Notes under the pieces: model-generated
The model's database searches: none
Seen by the model: the letters and a program-made list of their open reading frames with translations, nothing else
Told to the model about the DNA's origin: nothing
Translations under genes and position numbers: made by a program
In this document: positions 63,901-64,000 of the stretch, piece by piece
How positions within the stretch are numbered: position 1 is the stretch's first letter
How the letters are laid out: each line of letters starts with the position of its first letter
Source: Azolla caroliniana
Taxonomy: Eukaryota > Plantae > Polypodiophyta
Reading direction: 5' to 3'
Length of the DNA stretch: 64,000 bases
Assembly: GCA_043228905.1 (NCBI GenBank)
Contig: JBHGNT010000011.1
Span: forward strand, 7,688,001-7,752,000

Positions 63901-64000
63901 TTTTGAACACCTATGCCTTTGCTTAGACAAGCGAATGTTATGCTACTTGGACGATTTCACGACACCACTACATGCGACAATACACTACACACCGTTTCAA

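Overview
Eukaryotic plant DNA, probably a non-seed plant such as a moss (inferred from the TE families and the intron-rich gene; not proven). About 70% of the window is decayed LTR retrotransposon. From 8435 to 46681 there is a nest at least four levels deep, resolved by 5-bp target-site duplications: a Gypsy host contains a Copia (ACCAT), which contains a Gypsy (ATGTT) and a Copia (TGTAG), which in turn contain further elements. There are also two solo LTRs (GAGGC, TCAAG) and a 2.4-kb inversion. The one intact host gene is a 13-exon EH-domain (AtEH/Pan1, Eps15-like) endocytic adaptor on the minus strand (48823-57951). The most notable feature is a ~5-kb element with 31-bp terminal inverted repeats (1162-6118). 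Its cargo is a 6-exon, spliced gene of ~968 aa that fuses a ParB/Srx-like domain to a prokaryotic-type beta-class N6-adenine/N4-cytosine DNA methyltransferase (DIPY...PYQKP...VLDLFSGTG). This copy has 4 nonsense codons. Second, two divergent Gypsy elements share a GGAUUUU slippery site, a 6-nt spacer and a predicted H-type pseudoknot directly after the protease, suggesting -1 ribosomal frameshifting. All calls were made by eye; no database searches were run.
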